The notes beneath the pieces were generated by a model. It saw only the letters and a program-made list of their open reading frames with translations. It did no database searches and had not been told where the DNA came from. The position numbers were made by a program, and so were the translations under genes. Positions 1 to 13,102 of a DNA stretch of 64,000 nt are shown one piece after another. Every line of letters starts with the position of its first letter. Within the stretch, counting starts at the first letter, position 1. The DNA comes from Octopus vulgaris (Eukaryota), in the NCBI GenBank assembly GCA_951406725.2, contig OX597818.1, positions 142,600,001 to 142,664,000 of the forward strand. The letters are read 5' to 3'.

Positions 1-90
1 ATACACGCATGTATCAGATATAATACGGTTATGTCATTATTTGTACAAAAGAGAAGAAAAAAAATAGACAAGATTATCTCAAAGCTCATG

Positions 91-128
<38 letters not shown>

Positions 129-646
129 TATACAAATAAATTAAATCTTTGAAGGCAGAATCTTTAGGGATTTGAGAAATCCTTTGCATAAGATTTACAC
201 GTAAACGAAACATACAAAACTAATGATGATGATGATGATGTTGATGATGATTTCTTTCATGTATTTATAATAAGAATATTAATAAGATTATGCTGAACTG
301 TTGTGAAACCAATTTTGCTTCCGTACGATAAAAAAGAAAGCGGAAGGATAAGTTATCAAAACTTGGTTCCTCCCAAATTAAATCTTGTTAGGGAAACCTT
401 ACAAGTAATAACGAATGATTTTTGTTTACATCATTTTTTAAAAATTGTATTTCAGTTATTGCAGTGATTAAAAGTGTTGCTGCTGTTTTTGTTGTTATTG
501 ATGTTGTTGTTGTTCTTGTTCTTGCTGTTGTTCTGTATTTTGTTTCGGGTTATTTTGGTTTCAGGGATATTTCTGTGAAGGTTCAAAACTCTAATCCATG
601 CAAATAGGAAGTAACAGATACGAGATGAAATGAGGAAATCAATAAA

Positions 647-863
647 AGCAGCAGCAGCAGCAGTAGCAGCAGCAGCAGTGGTGGTGGTGGTGGTGGTGGT
701 GGTGGTGGTGGTGGTGGTGGTGGTGGGTGGTGGTGGTGGTGGTGGTGGTGGTGGTGGTGGTGGTGGTGGTGGTGGTGGTGGTGGTGGTGGTGGTGGTGGT
801 GGTGGTGGTGGTGGTGGTGGTGGTGGTGGTGGTGGTGGTGGTGGTGGTGGTGGTGGTGGTGGT
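647..863. repeat. (GCA)n followed by long (GGT)n trinucleotide microsatellite
   Basis: Directly visible. It explains the poly-P/T/A and poly-G/V ORFs at 452-1084 and 630-902. Confidence 0.98.
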
Positions 864-1094
864 GTGCAGCTCAAAATCAGCCCCAAATTAGCAAACTTAT
901 AATAAAAGATATTCCAACGATGACCAGGATTGTACTGAGATTTGGTTGCTATTTCCAGCAACTCAAACACCTTCAAAGTGGTTATAATGGTCGGTATTGG
1001 AGAGGGTGGTGGTAGACATGGTTGAAGCACTTGTTTTTGTTGTTCAGCCTTGGATCTGTGTATCCAACTTAATTTAACGCACACACACAGAGAT

Positions 1095-1345
1095 CAGGCT
1101 GTTTGTTTCTCAAGCAAGACACTTTATTTCACATTGTTCCAGTTCACTCAGCTGTAGAAATGAGATGCGATATCATTGGCGCCAAACTGTATTGACCTTT
1201 ACCTTTCTCTTGGTCAACATTGGTGGCATGGTGATGGGAGACTGGCATGCATGGATGACTGCTGGTCTTCCACAAACAACCTTTCCCGGACTTGTGCATT
1301 AGAGGAGAACTTTTTTTGTGCAATCCCATGGTCATTCCATTTCGT
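1095..1345 (+). mobile_element. Diverged 5'-truncated tRNA-derived SINE (family D)
   Basis: Similar to the reverse complement of 46322-46511 and 36280-36620 (shared actttatttcac..gctccagttcactcagctgtagaaatgag). Confidence 0.75.
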
Positions 1346-1354
1346 TTACTACCC

Positions 1355-1563
1355 ACAAGGGGCTAAACACAGAGAGGGCAAACAAGGACAGAAAAATGGA
1401 TTAAGTCGATTACATCTACCCCAGTGCATAACTGGTACTTATTTAATCGACCCTGAAAGGATGAAAGGCAAAGTTGACCTCTGCGGAATTTGAACTCAGA
1501 ATGTAATGGCAGACGAAATACTGCTAAACATTTTGCCCAACATGCTAACATTTCTGCTAACGT
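1355..1563 (-). mobile_element. tRNA-derived SINE (family A), CpG-decayed copy
   Basis: Reverse complement matches copies at 30145 and 43465 (ttctgagttcaaattccgc..actttgcctttcatcctttc..gtcgattaaataagtaccag). Confidence 0.9.
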
Positions 1564-1601
1564 TGATCCCATGGTCATTCTTGACCAAAGGAGATCTTTG
1601 C

Positions 1602-1645
<44 letters not shown>

Positions 1646-2754
1646 TACATACATATATATAGTTTTATCAACTTTTTTCAGTTGATATCCATATGCTGGC
1701 AAGGCTTGGATAGTTTAACAAGAGCCAATGGGTCTGAGGACTACATCGTGTTCCAGTGTCTGCTATAGCATGGTTTCTATGGCTGGATGCCTTTCTTAAT
1801 ACTAACCACTTTACAGAATGTACTGGCTGTGTTTCTCACAGTAGCCCCACTAGCAAGGTCGCCATGTAGCTTACAAGACTAAGATCACCTTCAGCTAAGT
1901 GAGGCTACAGTAGGTGACTTTAAGCTCAGTAATGAGTGGTTAGAGAATGAAAGAAGCACCCACCACCACCTCCCCTGGAACAAGTCTCTTACTACAGAGA
2001 AGTTACATGCATGGTTATTCACATTATCAAAAAGCAGGCAGAAGTAACTGGAAGTAGAGCTAGAAAGAGAGATAAAATAGAAGTGACGAGGTGTCAATGT
2101 GAGCTTTCAAGGTACAAGATGGTAAATAGAAGTAGACTGGTACAGAAGAAGAGGAAGTATGGAAGGGTAGAGGTTGCAAGAGTGTGACAAGAAAGAGGTG
2201 GTTACAGATGTGGCAGGGGTGGAGGGCAGATATAAAGAATGAAAAACAAGGGCTTAGGAGTAATTGATTTTTAAATATGCATTGGAGGGAAGGTAAGAAG
2301 AGCAGATGATGACTACAGTGATTGGGTAGGGTTGAGGAGCAAATACAGTTAATAGTGGATATATTACACACACACACACACACATCATATATATAGTTGC
2401 TCTTTATCATGGTGGAGGGGCTTGCATGGACCAATGGCTGAGAGTGATGCCACTGGGAATTCTAAATTCCTGCTAGAGCCACTTTTGGCAGCAAGGTTGA
2501 AGATAAGGACCCAGACCCTGACTGAGTGCAACCGGTGGATAAAGAGGGCTATGCCACTTGAAACTATAACTGGGTCAGCAGCAGTCCGTTGCAGTTTCAT
2601 AACTGGATCCTGCATGTTTCATTTCATATGTACCGCAGAGGACAGTCATGAAATCAAGTGTGGGGGTCACTTCCTGGAGAGTTGAGTTTCACTTCAAACA
2701 AATTCATACCATCAGTACTTTCTGCTACTCTGACTTTCATCTCTAACCATATAT

Positions 2755-3048
2755 ATCACGTGACCACGTGACCGACCAGACCATCAGATGTTGTTACACA
2801 TCGCTGGTCACAATGCGTTCGCATTGTTTTTAGCCTTCGAATGACGCCATCCCGCTGGCTAAGCGAACAGGCCAACAGAAGAAAGAGTGAGAGAAAGAGT
2901 GGTGAAAGAGTACAGCAGGGATCACCACCCCCTGCCGGAGCCTCGTGGAGCTTTTAGGTGTTTTCGCTCAATAAACACTCACAACGCCCGGTCTGGGAAT
3001 CGAAACCGCGAGTCTGCTGCCCTAACCACTAGGCCATTGCGCCTCCAC
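2755..3048 (-). mobile_element. tRNA-derived SINE (family C)
   Basis: Minus strand begins gtggaggcgcaatggcctagtggttagggcagc..ggtttcgattcccag (A and B boxes). Near-identical copy at 62484-62788. Confidence 0.92.
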
Positions 3049-3055
3049 AACCATA

Positions 3056-3087
<32 letters not shown>

Positions 3088-3989
3088 ATGATATACATTG
3101 TTTTTGAAATTTACAGCCAAGTGAGACAACTACTGCACTTTGTTCATAAGGAATGTGGGTTCAATCCTAGCCATTTACACTTTTCTTTGATATCAAAAAA
3201 TAAGGATGGACTTCAGTACGTTAAGATTTATTAAAGATATTATGGATTATTTATTAGATTTCATTCCATAGTTAAGAAGGTTTAAAGCTTTCACTATGCA
3301 CATTATTCTTTCAATAGATTATCAATGATTCTAATAACATAATCACAAAGGAAAGCAAAGAAAAGTGAGCCAATATTATTTTATAAATAACCGTACACAG
3401 CTCTTTTTAGAACTCATTCACTTCTTGATTAAACAATAAAACTAACAGATAGCTCTCAAGACAGAAGAGATTATAAGTGTTTAACAAAGAATACAGCTTT
3501 CAAAGATGTTCTCATTAAGACTGCATCTTCAGTACCACTTATGTGGACTTTATACAATCTCAAGAATTAAATGCTTCTTTAAAACAAAAATTTTTCAAAA
3601 AAAAAATTATTTTCAGGATTTTCTATAAACTTCTTACTTTCACATTGTTTTCAAAATAGCAGTCAAGTTTCCACAGGCACTCTTAGTACAAAATTATGCA
3701 TATTGTTATATATCTGCTGAGAGAGAGAGAGTGGGCGGCAGAGACAGACAGACAGAATTGGCTACAGCAGCTATCGAAATATAGTCAGTCATAACCTTAT
3801 GCAGCAATGTTATACAGTCAACTAGAGGTGTTCCTATGAAGGAGTTATGGGACTCAAACAGCAGTCATCACAGAGGAAAGGGAATAAATGAAGGAAGAAT
3901 GAATGAATGAATGAATGAATGAATGGTAAAGATGAATGAGTGAATGAATGAATGAATGAGTGAATGAGTGAATGATCAAAGATTATCAT

Positions 3990-4209
3990 ACTCTTTTATT
4001 CTTTACTCTTTTACTCTTTTACTTGTTTCAGTCATTTGACTGCGGCCATGCTGGAGCACCGCCTTTAATCGAGCAACTCGACCCCGGGACTTATTCTTTG
4101 TAAGCCCAGTATTTATTCTATCGGTCTCTTTTGCCGAACCGCTAAATGACGGGGACATAAACACACCAGCATCGGTTGTCAAGCAATGCTAGGGGGACAA
4201 ACACATACA

Positions 4210-4244
<35 letters not shown>

Positions 4245-4408
4245 GACGGGCTTCTTTCAGTTTCCGTCTACCAAATCCACTCACAAGGCTTTGGTCGGCC
4301 CGAGGCTATAGTAGAAGACACTTGCCCAAGGTGCCACGCAGTGGGACTGAACCTGGAACCACGTGGTTGGTAAGCAAGCTACTTACCAAACAGCCACTCC
4401 TACACCTA
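3990..4408 (-). mobile_element. Composite tRNA-derived SINE (family B) with internal (TA)n
   Basis: Matches copies at 12785, 19552, 52545 and 60890; tail gactgaaacaagtaaaagagtaaaaga. Confidence 0.92.
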
Positions 4409-5512
4409 TCATGTGGATAGTAGTAATAATTATGCTACAATAATAAATCAATTCTTTAAAAGGAAGCAAAAATGACTAATTTGGTAAGGTACCAGGTTAC
4501 TTGATTAAGTGTGTCATTGAGTTTGTATTGTCCTCAGTATATGAAGGGTTGGCTAGGTTGGACAAGATACATCACTGTGCTTACATGGCAAGAAATTGGA
4601 GCCAGGAAGAGAGAGAGACTCTAGTCTGATTAGGAGATAATTTTTTATGGCATTGATATATTGATTTCTATATCATATCTCCACTGGATATGATAGGAAA
4701 TAAGGAAATTGTGAAAGATGAAGGAATGAGAGATAACAGTGAAGTATTTTTATGGATTTAGTATTTTTAGCTTCAAACTGAACTAATATTTAATAGGATT
4801 TAATTCTTTAGATAGAAGAGTTGGTGAGTAGGAGAGAGGGTGGTTGGAGAGAATAGTGAATTAAGAGAGAAAACAAACCAAAAAAAAAAAAAAGGAAGAT
4901 GAAAGGAATATAAGATAAAACTCTAAGGATAGATACGGATGTGGCGGGTGGCAGGGGGGATGTAGAAAAATGAAGACAGTGTCAAACAGAATGATAATTA
5001 GACAAGAAAAAGCAGGAACAACCAGAGACTGACAGTTATTCAAAGAGCAAGAGACAGACACAAAGAAAGAGAGATTGGTAGATGAAGACAAAGAAAGATA
5101 AATAAATTATGATAATGCTTCTGATTAGAAGACAAAGAATTCCCCAACTTCCTTGTAATCCTTCTTTAAGTGGACGAGAGATCATGTTCCTAAGATTAGA
5201 AGGTATTTGATATTTACTGAACAGACAGTTTGCTTAATTCATTAATAGAATGAGAAACTTATACAGAAGCAATATCAGTGTTTGTTCAAATCATTTGCTA
5301 ACATGGAATATAATATAAAGGATCAACAACTTGGAAATCAATCTATATTTACATACCAGGAGATAAGGGATTGGCAGGGAGGAACTCCTTTTTCATGTTT
5401 TTATTGGGTTGTTCTGAGAGAAGGGACTGTGCTTAAGGCTTTCATAGGGTCTCCAAGAAGGGTAATATTATCCTTTAACAGTTGAAAGTTGTCAGTTACA
5501 GGAAAAACATAT

Positions 5513-5570
5513 GCAAGGAGGAATTTCCAGGGAGCAAGGAGGAATTTCCAGGGAGCAAGGAGGAAGTTCC
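5513..5570. repeat. 21-bp tandem repeat, about 3 copies (gcaaggaggaatttccaggga)
   Basis: Directly visible. Confidence 0.9.
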
Positions 5571-6351
5571 TCTGAAGAGGAAGGGCAGTGTAATAGTGCA
5601 GGATTTGATGAGTGGATGTGATAGACACGAGGAAATTAGCAATATCTGAGGAGCAGTGGTCACTGTAATCAGTAATAACTTATCATGATAGTGTTGTACC
5701 TGAGTCTGTTGTATCTATAGATTTAATCTATTTAAATTTCTAAACATCACTGTAGTTGTTCAGCCCTGGTCATTTCTATCTGAGTAGACCTATGATCAAA
5801 GACATTTCAGCTAAGGCCATCCTGTCTTTTTCCTATGTACAGAAAACAAAGGACCACATTATCTAATGTGTCCTTTTCTAAGATGATGGAGCATGGCTTA
5901 AGAGAGACCTGGCAGCTATTGCTAGCAGATGAAGCAACCATGTAGAAGTTCCCACTTTGGTTTGTATATATGAGTTGTTGGTGTTTGCAATTCCTCAATA
6001 AATCTATTTATGTATGGATTTCTGTCGTGCATGGATTTCTCAATACAATGTTAAGTTTATGAATTTCTGCAGTATAAGGAGCAATTTATGGTGTTTTTGT
6101 ATTCTAAATATTTCTTTACATTTTCATGCAAAGAATGAAGATCTTTTAACAGTGTTACATCGTTGTGGTGTGTTTTAATACTGTTTTCTCTGAAAGTAGG
6201 TGACCAAACCAATTATAGTTGTTTAGATATACTTGATTCTAACAAAATGAAAATCAATTAACAATTGGGAATTTCCATCCATTCTGGAAAAAGAAACAAA
6301 AGATCTTATTGCAGTTTCAGATCAAAAACTTCCAACAAATCAATACACACA

Positions 6352-6383
<32 letters not shown>

Positions 6384-7624
6384 TACACACACACACACAC
6401 ACACACAAATGTAAAGAAATGGGTCCTGCATTACATATAAGACCAATACAATGAAATTGGATATTTTCATAGATAAAACACAACAGCAGGTTAACATCAA
6501 AGGTAACTTTGGCAACTGAAAAGTCCAGCTAAGATAAAATATCACCATCATCACAACCATCACCACAATCACCACATCATCATCATCACCACCACCAACA
6601 ACAACATCACCATGATCTTAATCACCACGTCTGCTAATCTATGCTGGCATAAGTCGGATGGATTTTCTGAGGCAGGGTTTTAGAGCTGGATAATGTTCCT
6701 GTATCCCAACCCTCTCAGACATCTTTTATAATACATAGGAACATGATATACTTATTCTAAAATCATGATATAAACAAGATGGATAAATATTTGCAAAGAA
6801 GTGAGACTAATAGAAAATAATTCCATTAATATTAAAGGATTTGTACATAGTTTGAGAGAGTGTTAATTGCTACTTGTATCTCAAATTGCTCCCTACTGAT
6901 TAAGCAGGCAGTTAATTATAAACTCATTTTGCATTTTAATCAAAGACTAACACATCAATACATAGATAACAAAAATTTATAGAAAGGATTCCCTTCTAGG
7001 AATCATTAATGTAGTAAAAAGATGTGGTATGAAGCCTTGGGCTCCCTAGCATATACTTCTAGAAGTGGGTTAATTAGGAAGCTTGCTAAAAATAACTGCA
7101 AAACCTCTCTCAAATCACACAGCATCATTTTAAAGAAGGAAAACTACATTAGATAATGTAGTCCAAAACGAAAAAGAAAAAAATAAGGTAATCATGGCTA
7201 GAACAGACTTGAACATAGATCTATTCACTCAGGGTTGACCTAGATCTTTAAGAACTTAATGAGAGTACCCCCTTGATATTCTATAATCCATAACAGGTTT
7301 TATGAATGGCACACAGCCACACAATTACAGACAGGAAGCAGGGTTGGAGGAGTTCTTGTTTGAGAATTACTTTATTAAACTTGATAAGATGAAAGACAAA
7401 GTTTGTGTAGGAGTAAGGTTTCAATGAAACCAAATACTGCAAAACCCACAACTATTCCATCAGTTGTGGGTTGAAGGTAAGAAGTACATAAGTTTATGAA
7501 CATAATTATGAAAGTGTATATATACATAATATATATATATATAAGGATAAGATCGTTATTTAAATATCGAACTTATCAAGTGGCCAGCATGGGAATAAAA
7601 ACCTTCAAAGGTAATAATTATTAT

Positions 7625-7856
7625 TAAAATTATAATTTAGGGTATCTAAGAAATACCACCATGCTTGAAATAACAGCCAAAACTTGACTCTAAAACCACA
7701 TTAAATGTTCATACAGCACAAGGAGAGAAGACAAAAAGACAAAATAAACTAGTAAAAACTAGGGCTGTATGAACATTTAATGTAGTTTTAGAGTCAAGTT
7801 TTGGCTGTTATTTCAAGCATGGTGGTATCTCTTAGATACCCTAAATTATAATTTTA
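7625..7856. repeat. Inverted repeat with 93-bp arms (7625-7717 / 7764-7856) and 46-nt spacer, between (TA)n tracts
   Basis: Arms are reverse complements with 2 mismatches by manual comparison. Confidence 0.95.
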
Positions 7857-8367
7857 TATTTGTATATATATATATATCAGTAGAAAACATACATGAAACC
7901 TTTGTGTAGTCATTAGACCAGCTAGAAATAACAACCAAAACACAGAAACCCACCCTTATGTCATCAAAAAAAGACTCCTTTAATAATGTATCTCTACCTA
8001 TACCAAACATGGCAATCTTTTGCGAAAAGTGGGCCACAAGTAACTTAGCTCACCATGAAGTAGGCCACACAACTAAAAACACTCAAAATAATTTTTCATT
8101 AGGCCATTCTGAAAGTCTGGTGGGTCACAGCTTTCTCATGGCTGACCTACACAATACCTTAACAATCTATGGGATGATTATGAATTTGATATATTTTATT
8201 AGGGGTCAGCTGAATCAAGGCTGACAGGGGACTAAATAACAACTGCAACATAAAAACGCTCATTAAGAATTGAAGCTCTTGTACAAATGTCACTGGTCTC
8301 AATAAAGTTAAAACAATTAATTAATGAAGAAATTGAATTGATATCTTGATTACAATTAACTACTTAC

Positions 8368-8418
8368 CTTGGAATTTCACATAGCTCTCAGTTTCAAACC
8401 CATCAGGTGGTTTGAGAT
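8368..8418 (-). CDS. Putative internal coding exon (51 nt, phase 1-1), peptide xLKPPDGFETESYVKFQx, of an unidentified large-intron gene
   Basis: Acceptor tttgcatttcAG, donor CAAG|GTAAGT, length divisible by 3, only one open frame, non-repetitive sequence. Confidence 0.6.
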
Positions 8419-8544
8419 CTGAAATGCAAAGATAGTTTTTGTAATAGAATCCAAAAAGGTAAATGGCAACGTTGGGAATTCCATGTAACAAAAAAGCTTA
8501 CATTTCTCAAGCCATACGAAAAAATAAGACAGGTACAGGTAAAT

Positions 8545-8898
8545 GACTGGCACCCGGCAGATGCCAGGACCCCTGGACTGGTGGTACGTAAAAAGCACTA
8601 TCCGACTCATGGCCGATGGTAGCGCCGCCTCGACTGGCTTCCGTGCCGGTGGCACGTAAATTTCACCAATCCGACCGTGGCCGTTGCCAGCCTTGCCTGG
8701 TACCTGTGCGGGTGGCACGTAAAAAGCACCCACTACACTCACGGAGTGGTTGGCGTTAGGAAGGGCATCCAGCTGTAGAAACGTTGCCAGATAAGACTGG
8801 AGCCTGGTGCAGCCTTCTGGCTTCCCAGATCCCCGGTCGAACCGTCCAACCCATGCTAGCATGGAGAACGGATGTTAAACGATGATGATGATGATGAT
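8545..8898 (+). mobile_element. 5'-truncated RTE-clade LINE 3' UTR with (GAT)n tail
   Basis: About 60-bp ggtggcacgtaaaaagcacc units plus ggagtggttggcgttaggaagggcatccagc..gatgatgat. The same tail follows RTE coding sequence at 16130-17195 and 13665-14387. Confidence 0.88.
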
Positions 8899-9140
8899 TC
8901 CCTTCTTATTGTCTTTTACCAGCTTCAATCATTGGACCATGGATATGCTAGAGCACTGCCTTGAAGGGTTTAGTTAAACAAAGTAAGCCCAATACTTTTT
9001 TTTTTTAAGCTTGGGACTTATTCTATTCATCTCTTGTCAAACTACTAAGTTGCAGGAACATAAGCAAACCAACACCATTTGTCAAGTGGTGGTGGTGGTG
9101 GACAAACACAAAGAAACACATGCATATATATATACATATA

Positions 9141-9346
9141 AAGGGTGTCCCAGAAGTCGCACGCCAGCCTGGTGTTTTAAAAGAACACACCCTTACTGAT
9201 TTCAAAAACACATTCAAATTAATCATAACAAATGCTCAAATTGAGCGCCCTCTACAATAAAACATGCCGAAAAAATATAATAAAATAAATTGCTTTAATA
9301 ATTTTTAATGCAAACCAGAATGGTGCCTGACCTCTGGAACACCCTG
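9141..9346. mobile_element. Tc1/mariner-type MITE
   Basis: Imperfect TIRs (agggtgtcccagaagtc / gacctctggaacaccct), TA on both sides, nested in a family B SINE. Confidence 0.8.
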
Positions 9347-9526
9347 TATATATATATATATATACACACACACACAGATACATATACACATACACATACA
9401 TACATACATACATACATACATACGTACATACATACATACATACATACATACATACACACACATACATACATAAATACATACATACGTACATACATACATA
9501 CATACATACATACATACATACATACG

Positions 9527-9557
<31 letters not shown>

Positions 9558-9704
9558 GTACATACGTACATACATACATACATACGTACATACATACATA
9601 CGTACATACATACATACATACATACATATATGCATACATACATACATTCGTACATACATACATACATACATACACACACATACATACATAAATACATACA
9701 TACG

Positions 9705-9735
<31 letters not shown>

Positions 9736-10114
9736 GTACATACGTACATACATACATACATACGTACATACATACATACATACATATATACATACATACA
9801 TACACACACATACATACATACATACATACATACATACGTACATACATACATACACACACATACATACATACATACATATGTACATACGTACATACGTACA
9901 TACATACATACGTACATACATACATACGTACATACATACATACATACATACATACACACATACATACATACACACATACGTACATACGTACATACATACA
10001 TACGTACGTACATACATACATACATACATACATAAATATGTACATACGTACATACATACATACGTACATACATACATACATACATACATACATACATACA
10101 TACATACACATATA
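9347..10114. repeat. About 770-bp (TACA)n microsatellite with TACG/TATG variants
   Basis: Directly visible; source of the MYVC/HTYI ORFs. Confidence 0.98.
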
Positions 10115-10560
10115 TGACAGACTTCTGGTTTCTATCTACCTAATCTCCTCACAGACCTTTGGTTGGCCAGAGGCTAGCATAGAAGAAACTTGTCCAAGGT
10201 ACCATGCAATCAGACTGAACCCAGAACCATGTGGATGAGAACCAAACTTGTTACCACACAGTCCTGTCTGAGGTAATTAGTGACTGCTTTAACGATACAG
10301 ATCTAATTGCCCTCAGTGGAGCAACTCTGTAAATACTCTGACCATTTTGTGGCTAAAGAACATCACAATTGTTTATGTTTCTTTTTTCCCTGCAAGGATG
10401 AATACTGTAAGTTGGATGGTCACAACTAGAATCTCTTTGACCATAGACCTGCTTTGGACTGACCTGGAGCTAAACAATAACAACTTTCTATAATTCAAAA
10501 CGTTTCTCTTGATTAACAATAATCCTATTAGTCTCCCGCCTCCCTTTTCCCCTCACTTAC

Positions 10561-11151
10561 CACCCCACGACCCTACGTCTCCAACGCACCATTCTTCGAG
10601 CTTTCCGTCATCTCCAGTCCGATCTGTCCACTTCACACCTCTTCCCTAACCGACCCCTCCCCTCTTTCAAACGAGCCCACAACCTTCGAGACCTTTTGGT
10701 CCATAGCTCCTTCCCTGACCCTACCTCCCAACCCGGCTCGTTCCCCTGCTCCCGCCCACGTTGCCGCACTTGCCCTTACCTCTCCAACACCACCCGCCTC
10801 ACTAGCACCCACCATCGACCCTATCCCATCATCCACTCCTTCACCTGCACCTCCAGCAATATTATCTATTGCGTCTCTTGCTCTCTCTGCAATTCCTTGT
10901 ACATCGGACAAACGGGACGCCGCTTGGCTGACTGGTTCGCGGAACACCTTCGTGACATCCACCTTGCGAACGACACACCGGTCTCACGCCATTTCCGCTC
11001 CACCAGTCACTCCTTGCAACACCTATCTGTGTTCAGTTTGTCCTTACACAGAGGCCATCCGGATTCCCGTTTGCGCCGTGAACAGGAATTAATCTTCTCT
11101 CTTCGCTCTTATACGCCATTTGGTCTGAAATCTCCCCACCTCCTCATCTAA
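10561..11151 (+). pseudogene. Penelope-like linker plus GIY-YIG endonuclease remnant
   Basis: PSFKRAHNLRDLLV, Cys cluster CSRPRCRTC, and NIIYCVSCSLCNSLYIGQTGRRLADWFAEH. The conserved R before FxEH appears mutated to W. Confidence 0.9.
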
Positions 11152-11862
11152 CCCCCCTCTCCCCCCTCCTCACCTACCTTTCCCCCCCGACCCCTACTTC
11201 TTCAGTCCTTCATCCTTTCACCCCTACTCCCCTTCCCTTCTTCCCTCTTTCTCCCTCCCTCCTTCCCTCTTCCCTCTGCTCCCTCACTCCCCTTCTCTCT
11301 CTCCCTCCCCCTCTTTCCTCCTTCCTCCCCCTCCTTCCTCCCCTTCCTTCTCCCCCTCCTCTCCTCTTCCCCCCTCTCCTCCCCCTCTTCTTCCCCTCCC
11401 CTTCTCTCCCCCCTCTTCTCCTCACTACACCACACGACTTTACACATCACATCATATATGATGTGCCATACTAATACATACACCAACTAATACATACTAA
11501 TACGTACTAATACATACTAATACATACTAATACATACACCAACCCTATACATACACACGTCCAGACCCCTCATACGCACTTACACTCTCTCATACACACA
11601 CACACACACTTATACATACTAATACGTACTAATACATACTAATACATACTAATACATACACCAACCCCATACATACGCCTGTCCAGACCTATCCTAGGGT
11701 CATTCAACCCTATTATCAACCCTATTATCTCCCCTAATTTCGCTCTCGCGTCTCATGTTTGATCTTTGACTTCTGGCCGAAATCAGATTGCCATGTTGAT
11801 TCGTTAGTTACTGCACGCATTTTTTTTCTCTCCTTCTTTCTGTGTTTTTTTCTCTCTGTGTA

Positions 11863-11900
11863 TCTTTCTGTTGAAGAGCGTAGGCTCGAAACGTTAAAGA
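11863..11900 (+). ncRNA. Minimal type I hammerhead ribozyme-like motif (A6U variant)
   Basis: ucuuu-CUGUUGA-A-GAGC(guag)GCUC-GAAAC-GU-U-aaaga: stem I ucuuu/aaaga, stem II 4 bp, palindromic ACGU stem III. Confidence 0.75.
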
Positions 11901-12014
11901 CTTGTTTTATTTATATTTCCTGAGCGCCATACTAATACAATTGTTCGTTTGTTTTCCACCTGCCTTCGTCTTTTGTCTATTTTCATAAAGCTTCCCGTTA
12001 TATATATATATATA

Positions 12015-12260
12015 TAAAACACCATTTGAGTGTGGCCATTGCTAATACTGCTTGACTGGCCCTTGTTCCGGTGGCATGTAAAAGCACCCACTACACTCTC
12101 GGAGTGGCTGGCATTAGGAAGGGCATCCAGCTGTAGAAACTCTGCCTGATCAGATTGGAGCCTGCTGCAGCTATCTGGTTCACCAGTCCTCAGTCAAATC
12201 GTCCAACCCATGCTAGCATGGAAAGCAGACGTTAAACGATGATGATGATGATGATGATGA
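12015..12260 (+). mobile_element. RTE LINE 3' UTR fragment with (GAT)n tail
   Basis: Same tail as 8545-8898. Confidence 0.87.
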
Positions 12261-12784
12261 TATATATATATGTATGGAAAGAGGAAAAAATATAGAATTT
12301 GTTTTGGGGTTTGTTATTAATAATTGAATAATTTAGGGGAAAATAAACAAAAGACAGAAAGGCTGAATAATCCATAATTTATGAGGGTGTTTTTTTACAA
12401 TGTCACTGTTTATCCTATTTTATCCGAACCCTTTCTCATCGATTTTCTTTTTCCTTAACCTTTCTGATATGGTTCTAAATAGTTAAGCATTTTCATACAT
12501 TGTTCGGAAATGAATTTTACATAAAGATTTCCTTCACTAATTTCAACTATTCATTCTTACTATTCAGTCATCCAGACGATGGCATTTCAAATAGCATAAG
12601 ATTAAGATTAAGGTCCAAATTTTGAATATATATATTTAAATGAATGAAAATAATCCATAACTCCTAAATATGTCATTGGATATCAGTGAAAAATTTATTT
12701 TCCTTGTAGCATAACTAGCAAAGCAGGCTAATGGGGTTCATTGCTTCCTAAGCAAATGTTTATAGCTGGAATTAATAGATACGT

Positions 12785-13061
12785 AGGAGCGGCTGTGTGG
12801 TAAGTAGCTTGCTTACGGTCTACATGGCTCCAGGTTCAGTCCCACTGCATGGTACCTTGGGCAAGTGTCTTCTACTATAGCCATGGGCCAACCAAAGCCT
12901 TGTGAGTGGATTTGGTAGACAGAAACTGAAAGAAGCCCATGTCTATATATATATATACCCAAAAAAACCCAAAAAAACCACATAATTTTATGGGTAATAC
13001 CATAAAAAATTCTGGTGCATCTAAATTAAGTACCATATTCATTTGAATCTAAATTGTTGAA

Positions 13062-13102
<41 letters not shown>

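Larger units (their letters stand above)
10535..12000 (+). mobile_element. 5'-truncated Penelope-like retroelement (probably Neptune-type)
   Basis: GIY-YIG ORF, pyrimidine-rich spacer, hammerhead motif at 11863-11900, 3' end runs into (TA)n. Confidence 0.88.

Noticed and set aside
452-1084. 210-aa poly-Pro/Thr ORF resembling a formin or extensin
   Set aside because: Translation of a pure (GGT)n microsatellite flanked by repeat fragments; no codon variation or domain.
2400-2690. Possible RTE 5' UTR-like fragment
   Set aside because: Only a short remembered motif (tggtggaggggcttgc) and no second copy or coding support in the window.
9252-10238. Long MYVC/HTYI ORFs
   Set aside because: (TACA)n microsatellite translations.
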